A stretch of DNA of 64,000 nucleotides from Acidimicrobiaceae bacterium (GTDB lineage Bacteria; Actinomycetota; Acidimicrobiia; Acidimicrobiales; RAAP-2), in NCBI GenBank assembly GCA_003163875.1, contig PLRK01000100.1, positions 10,739 to 74,738 on the forward strand. Direction: 5' to 3'. The stretch's first letter is position 1; each line of letters begins with the position of its first letter. The notes under the pieces were generated by a model, which did no database searches, was not told the DNA's origin, and saw only the letters and a list, made by a program, of their open reading frames with translations. Shown one piece after another: positions 17,872 to 27,969 of this stretch. Made by a program: the position numbers and the translations under genes.

Positions 17872-19296
17872 ATGACTTCGTTAGAACACCTTCCCGAACG
17901 ACTCAGTGAGATCGCGCGCTTGTCGAGGCCCCTTGCGCGCTCGTTCGCCTCCGAGGGCTTCTCGCTCTATGCGGTGGGTGGTTCGGTGCGCGACGCGATT
18001 CTCGGCAGTGTCGGTGGTGATGATTACGAGATTGACTTCACGACCAATGCTCGACCCGATGACATTGTTCGTATCATGAGTCCTTTGTGCGTGTCACTCT
18101 GGGAGCAGGGGAGAGCTTTCGGCACTATCGGTGGAAGGTTACGCGAGAGTGGAATCAATGCCGAGGTGACGACCTTTCGATCCGAGGACTACGTTGACCA
18201 TTCACGCAAACCGTCGGTGACATGGGGCGATTCGCTCGAGGCGGACTTGAGTCGGCGTGACTTCACTATCAACGCTCTTGCGCTCGACGTGGTAGCGCTC
18301 GACGCATCAACACCAGGCGTGCAAACGCTCTTCGATTTCTACAATGGATTCGACGATCTCCACGAACGGCGCCTTCGAACGCCCATCGAGCCAGAGATCT
18401 TGTTTAGTGATGATCCATTGCGAATGCTGCGGGCCGCGCGTTTCGCCGCCCGTTACGAACTTTCAATCGACCCCTCGATCGAAACCGCTGCTCGGGCCAT
18501 GGCGAGCAAACTCGAAATTGTCTCGCCCGAGCGAATTCGCGGTGAACTCGATCTGTTGATGATGACGCCCAGGCCGTCAATCGGACTTGACTTCATCGTT
18601 CGAACCGGACTCGCCGACTTTTTCTTTCCAGAACTTCCGATGCTGCAGTTGGAGCAAGATCCGATCCATCAGCACAAGGACGTGCTCAAACACACGTGGG
18701 CGGTCGTCGACAAAACGTCCCCGTCGCTCGTGCTGCGACTCGCCGCGCTCTTTCATGACATTGGCAAGCCTCAAACGAGGGCTATCACTGACGAGGGGGT
18801 CACCTTTCGCTTTCACGAAGTTGTGGGCGCGAAGATGACCAAACGGCGAATGGCCGCACTCAAGTACCCCCAAGACGTGATCGACGACGTCTCAACGCTC
18901 GTGGAGTTACATCTTCGTTTCCACACCTACAAGATGGGTTGGAGTGATCGGGCGGTGCGCCGGTATGTTCGCGACGCCGGTGCGCTGCTCGAGGAGCTGA
19001 ACGAACTCACGCGTTGTGATTGCACGACGCGCAACGCTCGCAAAGCCGCCGTGCTGGCCCAACGCATGGACGAGCTCGAAGTCCGTATTGGCGAACTGCG
19101 TGAGCAAGAGGACCTGGGCCGTTTGCGCCCAGCCCTGGATGGGCTTGAGGTGATGGAACTCCTCGGCATTGCTCCGGGGCCAACCGTCGGAAGGGCCCTG
19201 GACTTTCTCATGGAGATTCGACTCGACGAGGGAGAGATCGACCACAAGGACGCCCGGCGACGGGTTCAGGAATGGTTCCAGCAACAGAACATATAA
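17872..19296 (+). CDS. CCA tRNA nucleotidyltransferase with HD domain
   Basis: VGGSVRD, EIDFTT, RRDFTINA, DDPLRMLRAARF, LFHDIGKP; start ATG 17872. Confidence 0.95.
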   Translation: MTSLEHLPERLSEIARLSRPLARSFASEGFSLYAVGGSVRDAILGSVGGDDYEIDFTTNARPDDIVRIMSPLCVSLWEQGRAFGTIGGRLRESGINAEVTTFRSEDYVDHSRKPSVTWGDSLEADLSRRDFTINALALDVVALDASTPGVQTLFDFYNGFDDLHERRLRTPIEPEILFSDDPLRMLRAARFAARYELSIDPSIETAARAMASKLEIVSPERIRGELDLLMMTPRPSIGLDFIVRTGLADFFFPELPMLQLEQDPIHQHKDVLKHTWAVVDKTSPSLVLRLAALFHDIGKPQTRAITDEGVTFRFHEVVGAKMTKRRMAALKYPQDVIDDVSTLVELHLRFHTYKMGWSDRAVRRYVRDAGALLEELNELTRCDCTTRNARKAAVLAQRMDELEVRIGELREQEDLGRLRPALDGLEVMELLGIAPGPTVGRALDFLMEIRLDEGEIDHKDARRRVQEWFQQQNI

Positions 19297-19333
19297 CCTG
19301 GTGAAAACCTAGTTTATTGGAGCGACCCCTGAA

Positions 19334-20428
19334 TCAGGGCCACACCTGGTTCTCAGCCCCGTTGTTGGCAAAATCCTCGACCATGTCGTGGGCAACGTCG
19401 TCGTGGAACTGGACCGGAGGCGACTTCATAAAGTAGGCCGAAGGTCCGATAACGGGTCCACCGATGCCGCGGTCAAGCGCCACTTTGGCACAACGAACGG
19501 CGTCGATAATGACACCAGCGGAATTCGGTGAGTCCCACACTTCAAGCTTCAGCTCCACGTTCAATGGGACGTCACCGAAGTTTCGACCTTCCATGCGGAT
19601 GTAGGCCCACTTGCGATCTTGCAACCACGGGACGTGATCACTCGGACCAATGTGGACGTCGTCAGGGCTCATGTTGCTTATCTCGAGCTGGGAAGTTACG
19701 GCCTGCGTCTTGGAGATCTTTTTTGATTCCAAACGATCGCGGTCGAGCATGTTCTTGAAGTCCATGTTGCCGCCGACGTTGAGCTGATAGGTATGGTCGA
19801 GCGTAAGTCCGCGGTCCTCGAACAAACGAGCGAGGACGCGGTGCACGATTGTTGCACCCACCTGACTCTTGATGTCGTCGCCAATGATGGGAACACCAGC
19901 GTCTGCGAACTTCTTCGCCCAGACTGGGTCGGATGCGATGAAGACGGGGATCGCGTTGACGAACGCGACGCCGGCGTCAATCGCCGCCTGGGCGTAAAAC
20001 TTTTGGGCTTCTTCGGAACCGACTGGAAGGTACGAGACAAGGACCTCGGCTCTCGAGTCACGTAGGACCTGTGCCACGTCGGCGGGTTCGTACGGCGACT
20101 CTTCAATCACCGCTCGGTAGTACTTGTTGAGCCCGTCCATAGTGGGCCCGCGCTGGACGGTGACGCCAAGGGTTGGAACGTCGGCGAATTTAATCGTGTT
20201 GTTCATTCCTCCCTCGATGGCCTTACCTAGGTCGCTTCCGACCTTCGAAGCGTCGACGTCGAAAGCGGCGACGAACTCTAAATCACTGACGTGATACCCG
20301 CCGAGTTCGACGTGCATGAGTCCTGGGACGTTCTCACCTTGTTTGGCGTCCTTGTAATAGGTGACGCCTTGAATGAGTGAACTAGCGCAGTTGCCGACGC
20401 CCGCTATGGCCACGCGAATCTTTTCCAT
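19334..20428 (-). CDS. ino1: myo-inositol-1-phosphate synthase
   Basis: [49 protein letters not shown]. Confidence 0.96.
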   Translation of the reverse strand: MEKIRVAIAGVGNCASSLIQGVTYYKDAKQGENVPGLMHVELGGYHVSDLEFVAAFDVDASKVGSDLGKAIEGGMNNTIKFADVPTLGVTVQRGPTMDGLNKYYRAVIEESPYEPADVAQVLRDSRAEVLVSYLPVGSEEAQKFYAQAAIDAGVAFVNAIPVFIASDPVWAKKFADAGVPIIGDDIKSQVGATIVHRVLARLFEDRGLTLDHTYQLNVGGNMDFKNMLDRDRLESKKISKTQAVTSQLEISNMSPDDVHIGPSDHVPWLQDRKWAYIRMEGRNFGDVPLNVELKLEVWDSPNSAGVIIDAVRCAKVALDRGIGGPVIGPSAYFMKSPPVQFHDDVAHDMVEDFANNGAENQVWP

Positions 20429-20440
20429 GGCTTTCCTTTC

Positions 20441-21064
20441 TTACTTCGCTTCTCGCGCGAAGGTGTCCTGATTATTTCGTTCGGTGGCCAACAAACTGTC
20501 AATCCACGCGAGATCCAACTCGACGCCGTGCGCTGCATGTTCCATAACGCTGCGGGCATAAACATCGAGCTGCTGATTGTTGGCGCCGGTGCGTACTTCG
20601 GCAAGGCGTCCAACGAGATCGTTCTTACGTCGCTCTAGGAGCCCGACGCGAAGATTCGGGGTCAGGTATTTGGCGAGCGCCATCCGCAATGAGAAGTTCT
20701 TACTGTCGTCCAGAGTGGCGGGGTCGGCCAACAATGACACGAACTCCTCGCGCCCTCGATCCGTGATCCGATAGACCTTTCGTCCTCGGCGCCCCAGTCC
20801 TTGGTTCGCCCTAAGAGAGCGAAGCGACGCACGTTCGCCTGAGAGTGAGCCTGTCGACAGAGAACTGGCGCGTGGTTCGTGTGACATCACCGCTTCCACA
20901 CAGCCGTGGCGCTCAAGACGGGCCAGAGCTGGATAAATCGAACCGAACGAGACATTTGCCGAAACGCCGAGACGATCGCGTAATTGGGTGCGAATCTCGT
21001 AACCGTGGTGGTCTCGGTCCATTAGTAGACCAAGGATGGCGATGTCTAACACGCGAAACATCAT
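20441..21064 (-). CDS. PadR-family transcriptional regulator
   Basis: LDIAILGLL...HGYEI...SFGSIYPALARLE...RKVYRITDRG; upstream of ino1. Start uncertain (21064, 21061 or 21052). Confidence 0.9.
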   Translation of the reverse strand: MMFRVLDIAILGLLMDRDHHGYEIRTQLRDRLGVSANVSFGSIYPALARLERHGCVEAVMSHEPRASSLSTGSLSGERASLRSLRANQGLGRRGRKVYRITDRGREEFVSLLADPATLDDSKNFSLRMALAKYLTPNLRVGLLERRKNDLVGRLAEVRTGANNQQLDVYARSVMEHAAHGVELDLAWIDSLLATERNNQDTFAREAK

Positions 21065-21070
21065 ATCACT

Positions 21071-21082
21071 TCGATATATCGA
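21071..21082. promoter_or_regulatory. Candidate PadR operator
   Basis: Perfect 12-bp palindrome TCGATATATCGA just upstream of the padR start. Confidence 0.5.
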
Positions 21083-21150
21083 TGTCGAATGTGACAGCAC
21101 CCGTCGGATGGCTCTTGACGAACCGCAAGAATAATGGTACATATTTATTT

Positions 21151-22626
21151 ATGTCTATAGAAGTAAATAAATCTTTCAGCGCCTCAAGCGCTGACACGAG
21201 TCGACAACGACGAATTGGCGTCCTGCTGATCTGTTCGATGAGCGTGCTCGTCGTGAGTTTGGACGTCACCATCGTGAACGTCGCGCTTCCGTCGATTGGG
21301 AGGGATTTCCACGCGTCATTGTCGGGCCTGCAGTGGGCGGTCGATGCCTACACCCTGGTGTTGGCGAGCTTCCTCATGCTTTCAGGATCAACTGCCGATC
21401 GCTTGGGTCGCCGTCGAACCTTTGTGACGGGTCTCGGCGCCTTCGTCGCCGGATCACTGCTGTGCAGCGTCGCACCGAATCTAACGACACTCATCGTGTT
21501 TCGAATGCTCCAGGCGATTGGTGGCTCAATGTTGAACCCGGTTGCTATGTCAATCATCACCAACACCTTCACTGACGCCAAAGAACGCGCCCAAGCGATT
21601 GGAGTTTGGGCGGCGGTCGTGGGAATTTCAATGGCGCTCGGCCCGGTGTTGGGTGGTCTCCTCGTCGACACCGTTGGCTGGCGGTCAATCTTTTGGATCA
21701 ACATCCCGGTGGGAATACTCGCGGCGATGCTGGCCTTGCGATTCATACCCGAATCGAAAGCGTCGCACGCGAGGAAAGTAGACGTACGTGGACAAACGTT
21801 GGTGATCGCCTTTCTTGCGTCGCTGACTTTTGGCATCATCCAAGCGCCGAGTTACGGCTGGACCTCGGTGAGTACGCTCAGTGTCTTCGGTGCGAGTCTC
21901 GCGTCGCTCGTCGCGATCGTTCTGTGGGAACTGCGAGTCGACGAACCGCTCATTGACATTCGCTTCTTTCGTTCGTTACCGTTCTCCGCTGCAACACTCA
22001 TCGCGATTGGCGCGTTTGCCGGCCTTGGAGGATTTCTCTTCTTGAACACGCTGTATCTCCAAAGCGTCAAAGGTCTCTCTGCACTTAGCGCCGGGTTTGA
22101 CACGTTGCCAATGGCCGCAATGCTCTTCATCTTCGCCCCGATCTCTGGAAGAGTCGTAGGACAGTTTGGTGCGAGAATTCCCCTGGTGATAGGGGGTGTA
22201 GGAATCTCGGGAAGTGCGCTGATGATGACCGACGTACGCCCCGGGACATCATTTCTTTGGCTCTTCTCGTCCTACGTGATCTTTGGCATCGGCTTTGGCT
22301 TCGTGAACACACCCATCACTTCGGCTGCCGTGTCAGGGATGCCGAGGGCCCAAGCAGGTGTGGCCTCAGCGATCGCCTCAACCTCTCGACAGATCGGCTC
22401 CACACTCGGTGTGGCGGTGGTGGGAGCACTCGCGAGCACCACGACTGGTGGCTTCTTTAAAGGCGGCTTCAGCCAGGCGTCGCGTGGTGGTTGGTGGGTA
22501 CTCAGTGGGTGCGGACTCGCTGTCCTCATACTTGGTCTCCTAAGTACTTCACAACGCGCACGACGGAGCGCGGAGACGACGGCGCGGTTGCTCAATCCGG
22601 AGTATCTCGAAGGGCATACCTCGTGA
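21151..22626 (+). CDS. DHA2-family MFS drug efflux transporter (14 TMS)
   Basis: LDVTIVNVALPSI, W.VDAYTL, GSTADRLGRRR motif A; start ATG 21151. Confidence 0.92.
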   Translation: MSIEVNKSFSASSADTSRQRRIGVLLICSMSVLVVSLDVTIVNVALPSIGRDFHASLSGLQWAVDAYTLVLASFLMLSGSTADRLGRRRTFVTGLGAFVAGSLLCSVAPNLTTLIVFRMLQAIGGSMLNPVAMSIITNTFTDAKERAQAIGVWAAVVGISMALGPVLGGLLVDTVGWRSIFWINIPVGILAAMLALRFIPESKASHARKVDVRGQTLVIAFLASLTFGIIQAPSYGWTSVSTLSVFGASLASLVAIVLWELRVDEPLIDIRFFRSLPFSAATLIAIGAFAGLGGFLFLNTLYLQSVKGLSALSAGFDTLPMAAMLFIFAPISGRVVGQFGARIPLVIGGVGISGSALMMTDVRPGTSFLWLFSSYVIFGIGFGFVNTPITSAAVSGMPRAQAGVASAIASTSRQIGSTLGVAVVGALASTTTGGFFKGGFSQASRGGWWVLSGCGLAVLILGLLSTSQRARRSAETTARLLNPEYLEGHTS

Positions 22627-23039
22627 GTGAGCCCGAGGCGCGTGACGCCTGGGTGAAGTTATCGACACTCGTATTGAATAACGAGCGTCGCCGAAAAGTG
22701 AGCGACGCCCTCGACTTGAGTTTTGGACGAATCCGAGCGCTGCGACGAATCGCGAAGCGCTCGCTCACCATGGGCGAACTCGCCACGCTGTTGAGTGTTG
22801 ATCCTCCGAACGTGACGATGATCGTTGATGACCTCGAAGCGCGGGGTCTCGTGGTGCGCCACGAACACCCCGAAGATCGTCGGGCCAAAGTGGTGGCGGT
22901 GACCGACGAGGGCGCTGCGCTCGCGCGACGGGCCGAGGAGATCCTCGACGAACCGCCGCCAGGATTTGCCGTACTGTCGCACGACGAGCTCGTGGCGCTC
23001 GACGCAATCTTGGCGAAACTTCAACCCGAGGCGCAGTAG
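22623..23039 (+). CDS. MarR-family transcriptional regulator
   Basis: LTMGELA...VTMIVDDLEARGLVVR...DRRAKVVAVT; GTG 22623 overlaps the MFS stop. Confidence 0.9.
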   Translation: MSEPEARDAWVKLSTLVLNNERRRKVSDALDLSFGRIRALRRIAKRSLTMGELATLLSVDPPNVTMIVDDLEARGLVVRHEHPEDRRAKVVAVTDEGAALARRAEEILDEPPPGFAVLSHDELVALDAILAKLQPEAQ

Positions 23040-23166
23040 CGCCGCGACGCGGATGCTCCACTTGTCGTGCCCCGTGATGAGGGCATCGCGGGTATGGAAT
23101 AACCGCATTTCGTGGTTTTTCTTGGCGAAACATCACAATTAGTACTTGGCGGTAATGTCACCCCTA

Positions 23167-23595
23167 ATGGATAAGAGCTTTCGCACCAGCACTGCGGATG
23201 GGGCCGTCGTCGAGTTCGGTCTCGTTCGTCACGCGCTGCTCGCCAAGCTCGCTCAAGGGACTCTGCGCCACGAAGATATCTGTGACGCGCATCCGGAACT
23301 TCTGAGGGCGGCGAAGAATATTGGCCGGGCGACGGGCGAGACCTGTCCGGTCTGTTCGGACGCCGAGTTGGTCGAGGTGACGTATGTCTTTGGAGCTCGA
23401 TTGCCGTCGGGTGGCACCTGTCCGACGTCGCGCGCCGAACTTTTGAAGCTTGAGCGGCGAGAAGAGCCCGTCCAGTGTTACGCCGTCGAAGTCTGCGTGG
23501 CCTGTTCGTTCCATCACCTCGTTCGCAAGTGGTCGGCGGGAGGACGTCTGGCTCGACGAGCTCCGCTTCGCCAACAACGAAAAGTCGGCGAATGA
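23167..23595 (+). CDS. DUF5318-family protein
   Basis: CDAHPELLRAA, CPVC, VTYVFG, YAVEVCVACSFHHL pattern; usual position after ino1-padR. Start uncertain (23146-23167). Confidence 0.8.
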   Translation: MDKSFRTSTADGAVVEFGLVRHALLAKLAQGTLRHEDICDAHPELLRAAKNIGRATGETCPVCSDAELVEVTYVFGARLPSGGTCPTSRAELLKLERREEPVQCYAVEVCVACSFHHLVRKWSAGGRLARRAPLRQQRKVGE

Positions 23596-24413
23596 GCCTG
23601 AGCGCTCCTTCAATCCGGACGCGGAAGCGGCGAAACGGCAGCGAGCCGATCGTCATGGTCACCGCCTACGACGAACCGGGCGCACGTTACAGCGACGCGG
23701 CGGGAGTGGACATTTTGCTCGTGGGCGATTCAATGGCGAACGTCGTGATGGGAGACGACGACACCCTGCATGTGACTATGCAGGACATGCTCCATCACGT
23801 GCGCGCCGTCGCCGCGGCGAAGCCCAAGGCGCACATCGTCGCGGACATGCCGTGGATGAGTTATCACGTGGACGTGGCGAGCAGCGTGCGAAACGCCGCC
23901 GAACTCGTTCGGGCGGGAGCTCACAGCGTCAAGCTCGAAGGTGGCCGGGTTCGACGCGACGTCGTACGTGCCATTCTCGACGCCGAGATCCCCGTGATGG
24001 GCCATCTCGGCCTCACGCCCCAAAGCGTGCTTGCGCTCGGGGGATTCAAGGTCCAAGCCAAGACCCGCGAGGCTGCCGAGTGGTTGACCAAGGACGCCAC
24101 ATTGCTCCAAGACGAGGGTGTCTACGCAATCGTGATTGAAGGCGTACCCAATCTCGTGGGTACGCGTATCACCGAGGCGCTCGAGATTCCCACGATTGGC
24201 ATTGGAGCTGGTCCTGACACCGACGGCCAGGTCCTGGTGTTCCACGATCTGCTGGGCATGACCAAGCGCGCACCCGCGAAGTTCGTTCGCCGTTACGCCG
24301 ATTTGGGTGCTTCGATCACCGAAGCGGTGAGCCAGTACGCCTCGGACGTACGAACCGGGCGATTTCCGGACCTTTCGGAGTCGTACGATAACCCTGAAGA
24401 GTTGACCAACTAG
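23592..24413 (+). CDS. panB: 3-methyl-2-oxobutanoate hydroxymethyltransferase
   Basis: MVTAYD, LLVGDS, ADMPW, VKLEGG, MGHLGLTPQS, GIGAG...GQVLV.HDLLG. Confidence 0.97.
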   Translation: MSLSAPSIRTRKRRNGSEPIVMVTAYDEPGARYSDAAGVDILLVGDSMANVVMGDDDTLHVTMQDMLHHVRAVAAAKPKAHIVADMPWMSYHVDVASSVRNAAELVRAGAHSVKLEGGRVRRDVVRAILDAEIPVMGHLGLTPQSVLALGGFKVQAKTREAAEWLTKDATLLQDEGVYAIVIEGVPNLVGTRITEALEIPTIGIGAGPDTDGQVLVFHDLLGMTKRAPAKFVRRYADLGASITEAVSQYASDVRTGRFPDLSESYDNPEELTN

Positions 24414-24446
24414 CCAAAATTGGCCAGGTGCAGTAGAGTTGTCTTT

Positions 24447-24532
24447 CCCACGTGCGTGGGTGAAGGAAACGAACCCTGCTCTGTTTTCCGCAGAGCCCGG
24501 CCTAGCCGGACCAGAGGGAAAGGAAATTGGCC
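24447..24532 (+). promoter_or_regulatory. Putative S6:S18 ribosomal-protein leader RNA
   Basis: rpsF 5' UTR has hairpins GCTCTG/CAGAGC (24478-24496) and CCGG/CCGG (24497-24509), and CCCT (24474-24477) able to pair with AGGG (24515-24518) beside the SD. S6:S18 leaders are known at this position. Confidence 0.45.
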
Positions 24533-24853
24533 ATGAGGCCCTATGAAACCATGATCGTGTTCGACACCGCCGTCGACGCACAATCCATCCAGATTGCACT
24601 CGATCGAGCACTCGAAACTATCCGAAGTAATGGCGGAACTCCTGGAGCTATCGACCGTTGGGGTAAGCGTCCCTTAGCGTACGAAATCAACAAGCGAAAA
24701 GAGGGTTACTACGTCCTAGTGGAGTTTGCCGGCGAATCGACGACAGTCGTCGAGCTCGACCGCATTCTCCTGTTGTCGGACGAAGTCCTCCGCTTCAAGA
24801 TCCTTCGTCGCAATGAGCGAACCAAAGCGGCCCGTGTTACGGCCCAAGCCTAA
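24533..24853 (+). CDS. rpsF: 30S ribosomal protein S6 (bS6)
   Basis: MRPYETMIVF, DRWGKRPLAYEINK..EGYY. Confidence 0.97.
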   Translation: MRPYETMIVFDTAVDAQSIQIALDRALETIRSNGGTPGAIDRWGKRPLAYEINKRKEGYYVLVEFAGESTTVVELDRILLLSDEVLRFKILRRNERTKAARVTAQA

Positions 24854-24885
24854 GTTCGGACGCAGAGCGATCCAAGGAGAGAATT

Positions 24886-25341
24886 ATGGCTGACAACACA
24901 ATCACCGTCGTCGGGAACGTCACCCGTGACCCGGAATTGAAGTTTTTGAATAGCGGCCAAGCCGCAATTCGACTTTCGATCGCCGTGAACCGCCGCTGGC
25001 AGAATCGCCAGACTCAAGAGTGGGAAGAGCGAGTCTCCTACTTCGAAGTGACTGGATACGGCTCGATGGCAGAGAACGCCGCTAACTCGCTGCAAAAGGG
25101 AAATCGCGTCGTCGTCACCGGTCGTCTCGAACAGCGAAGCTGGGAGACGGAAAACGGTGACAAGCGTTCGATTGTCGAGATCAACGCTGACGAGATCGCT
25201 CCGTCACTTCGTTTCGCGACCGCGGTCGTCACGCGCACACCACGAGCCGAAGGTGGCAACTTCCAGTCGGGCGACCGACCCGCTGCCGCACCACGCCAGA
25301 ACGAACCAACTACGTATGCCTTTGATGAGGAGCCTTTCTAA
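24886..25341 (+). CDS. ssb: Single-stranded DNA-binding protein
   Basis: [27 protein letters not shown]-terminal DEEPF. Confidence 0.97.
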   Translation: MADNTITVVGNVTRDPELKFLNSGQAAIRLSIAVNRRWQNRQTQEWEERVSYFEVTGYGSMAENAANSLQKGNRVVVTGRLEQRSWETENGDKRSIVEINADEIAPSLRFATAVVTRTPRAEGGNFQSGDRPAAAPRQNEPTTYAFDEEPF

Positions 25342-25796
25342 TGCCACGAATTAATAACCCCAAGCCGCCCAAGCGCGCCCCGAAGATCGATACTCGCCGA
25401 GGTGCGAAGAAGAAGCCCTGCTCCTTCTGCCAGCATGGTGTGGGAACCGTTGACTACAAGGATCTGGCTCAGTTGCGCAAGTACATCTCGGATCGCGGAA
25501 AAATCCGAGGTCGTAAGGTCTCAGGTAACTGTCAACAGCACCAACGAGACGTCACCGACGCTATAAAGACCGCTCGCGAACTTGCGCTCCTGCCCTACAC
25601 GCAGCGCACCGTGACCGAGCGACGCGGTGGCCGCGGATCGCGTGACGATCGAGGACCTCGAACTCCTCGTCCGGATCGTGACGGTGACTCAGCAACCCTC
25701 GCCGATACCGACGTGATGCTGGACGACGCCAGTGAAGCCGTCGAGGTGTTCGAAGAAGCAGGGGCGACGCCCTACGCCGAGGAGGTGTCCGAATGA
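25341..25796 (+). CDS. rpsR: 30S ribosomal protein S18 (bS18), zinc-binding form, with long C-terminal extension
   Basis: [40 protein letters not shown]. Confidence 0.96.
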   Translation: MPRINNPKPPKRAPKIDTRRGAKKKPCSFCQHGVGTVDYKDLAQLRKYISDRGKIRGRKVSGNCQQHQRDVTDAIKTARELALLPYTQRTVTERRGGRGSRDDRGPRTPRPDRDGDSATLADTDVMLDDASEAVEVFEEAGATPYAEEVSE

Positions 25797-26239
25797 AAGT
25801 TCTACTCCGAAGCGATGTGCGCGGTGTTGGTCGCCGCGGTGACATCGTCGACGTGAAGGCGGGCTACGCCCGTAACTTTCTCCTACCAACGGGTGCTGGC
25901 CTGCTCGCCAACGACACGATGGAGATTCAAGCGGCGTCGATGCGTAAGGGACGCGACGTGCGCGACGCGAAAAGTCGCGAAGCGGCGGAGGCACAGCGCA
26001 GCATCATTGAGCAAGCGGCGATTCAAATCAGCGCTCGTGCGGGTGCGAACGGTCGCCTCTTTGGTTCCGTCACGGAGGCCGACGTGGTGAATGCAATTCG
26101 TACGGCGACGAGTATCTCGCTCGATCGTCACGCGATCCACATGGACGAGCACGTAAAGGAAGTGGGCACCGCAAGCGTGCAAGCGACACTTTTTGATGGT
26201 GTCGTCGCGACCGTAAACGTGGAAGTCATCGCCAAGTAA
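25793..26239 (+). CDS. rplI: 50S ribosomal protein L9 (bL9)
   Basis: [38 protein letters not shown]. Confidence 0.97.
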   Translation: MKVLLRSDVRGVGRRGDIVDVKAGYARNFLLPTGAGLLANDTMEIQAASMRKGRDVRDAKSREAAEAQRSIIEQAAIQISARAGANGRLFGSVTEADVVNAIRTATSISLDRHAIHMDEHVKEVGTASVQATLFDGVVATVNVEVIAK

Positions 26240-26260
26240 TTGTGCGTTCTTAGGAATTCG

Positions 26261-26290
26261 TGGCCGGGGCCTTGTGCCCCGGCCATTTCC
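26261..26290 (+). terminator. Intrinsic terminator after rplI
   Basis: 10-bp stem TGGCCGGGGC/GCCCCGGCCA, 5-nt loop, followed by TTTCC. Confidence 0.75.
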
Positions 26291-26408
26291 ATATCCACGG
26301 GGATGTCACACACAGCCGCCACACTGATATGTGAGGACTTAGACACATCTAATCCCCATGTTGTTGTTATTGCGTCACACAACCATTATCGACAACCGTT
26401 GAGGTCTT

Positions 26409-27776
26409 ATGACACAGATGGACACAGATCGAGGTCGCAGTGCCCCGGGTGGGGGTCGAATCCCACCCAGTGCGATTGAAGTCGAAGAATCCTTGGTTGG
26501 CGCGATGTTGCTCTCACAAGAGGCCGTGAGTATTGCGTATGAGACGGTACAGCCCGAAGATTTCTATCGGCCGTTGCACGGGCAAATCTTTAGCGCCATC
26601 ATTGCTCTCGCGAACGCAGCTGAGCCAGTGGACTACGTCACGGTGCAAGCGAAACTCCAAGAGCGCGGGGCGATCGCAGTTGAGCTCGCGGTGCTCTCAT
26701 CACTGCAAATGAATACGCCGTCGGCAGCGAATGCGCAGCACTACGCCGAACTCGTACGTGAGAAGGCCCAACAGCGTCGATTGATCGCCGTGGCGGGAGA
26801 GATTGTTGACGACGCCTACGTCGCGACTGATGACGTCGTTGGCTTGATTGACGAAGCCGAACGCAAGATCAATCAAATTGGCGACGAGAGGAAGATTGAC
26901 AGCGTTTCTCCCCTGCAACGTTTGCTCTTGAACGAAGCGGACATCCTTGAACAGCGCGGCGAAACGAGGGGGCAATTCAATGGGCTCGAAACCGGATATA
27001 AATCGGTGGACGTGGTGCTCCAGGGACTGCAACCCAATAGTTTGACCATCGTGGGTGCGCGTCCCGCAATGGGAAAGACGGCGTTCGGACTAGGCATCGC
27101 GGTGCATGTCGGAGCCGTGGTGCAGCGGCCAGCGCTCTATTTCTCGTTGGAAATGAGCCGCCAGGAACTGGCAGAGCGCATCCTCGCCTCCACTGCCCGC
27201 ATTGACTCGTCAAAACTGCGCACCGGGGACTTGTCGGACGCCGACTGGAATCGCGCCCATGACGCATTCGGATTCCTACAGTCAGCCAAGGTGTTCATTG
27301 ATGACAATCCTGCGCTCACGGTAATGGACGTGCGCGCCCGAGCCCGGCGCATCAAGCAGCAGAATGGCGATCTGGGCGTTGTCATCATCGACTACTTGCA
27401 GTTGATGAGCTCACGGGGGCGCGCCGAGAATCGTCAAGTTGAAGTGTCGGAGATGAGCCGCTCGCTCAAGATCCTCGCTCGAGAGTTGAGTTGTCCGATC
27501 ATTGCCCTGTCGCAGTTGTCAAGAAAGCTCGAGGAGCGAAGTGACAAGCGTCCGATGATGAGCGACCTTCGAGAGTCAGGCGCCCTGGAGCAAGACGCGG
27601 ACGTGGTGCTCTTCTTGTACCGGCCCGAACAGTACGGTGAGGTCGCGAACGATAAGAAGTCCGAGGCGGAAATCATCGTGGGCAAGAATCGAAATGGGCC
27701 GACGCGTACCGCCCATCTCACGTGGCGCGGCGAGTTCGCTCGATTCGATAATGTCGCCGAGGCTCGCGAGATTTAG
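26409..27776 (+). CDS. dnaB: Replicative DNA helicase (no intein)
   Basis: RIPPSAIEVEESLVG, GARPAMGKT, IIDYLQLM, ALSQLSR, SDLRESGALEQDAD, KNRNGP. Confidence 0.98.
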   Translation: MTQMDTDRGRSAPGGGRIPPSAIEVEESLVGAMLLSQEAVSIAYETVQPEDFYRPLHGQIFSAIIALANAAEPVDYVTVQAKLQERGAIAVELAVLSSLQMNTPSAANAQHYAELVREKAQQRRLIAVAGEIVDDAYVATDDVVGLIDEAERKINQIGDERKIDSVSPLQRLLLNEADILEQRGETRGQFNGLETGYKSVDVVLQGLQPNSLTIVGARPAMGKTAFGLGIAVHVGAVVQRPALYFSLEMSRQELAERILASTARIDSSKLRTGDLSDADWNRAHDAFGFLQSAKVFIDDNPALTVMDVRARARRIKQQNGDLGVVIIDYLQLMSSRGRAENRQVEVSEMSRSLKILARELSCPIIALSQLSRKLEERSDKRPMMSDLRESGALEQDADVVLFLYRPEQYGEVANDKKSEAEIIVGKNRNGPTRTAHLTWRGEFARFDNVAEAREI

Positions 27777-27850
27777 TCCGCTCGACGCCGTTGTTCTCGA
27801 TGACTGCACGCAAGACTTTATTGACGCTGAGACGGAGCGTCGCACAATGC

Positions 27851-27885
27851 ACGAGACGAGACGAGACGAGACGAGGCGAGGCGAC
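27851..27885. repeat. Pentanucleotide microsatellite (ACGAG)5-GCGAG-GCGAC
   Basis: acgag acgag acgag acgag acgag gcgag gcgac read directly. Confidence 0.9.
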
Positions 27886-27969
27886 GGCGCGCCGTGACTC
27901 ATGGCTACAACGTTGTAGTTGTACAAACAATCTGACCGAGTCCAATGGTTCCAACGACGCGATGAAGCG

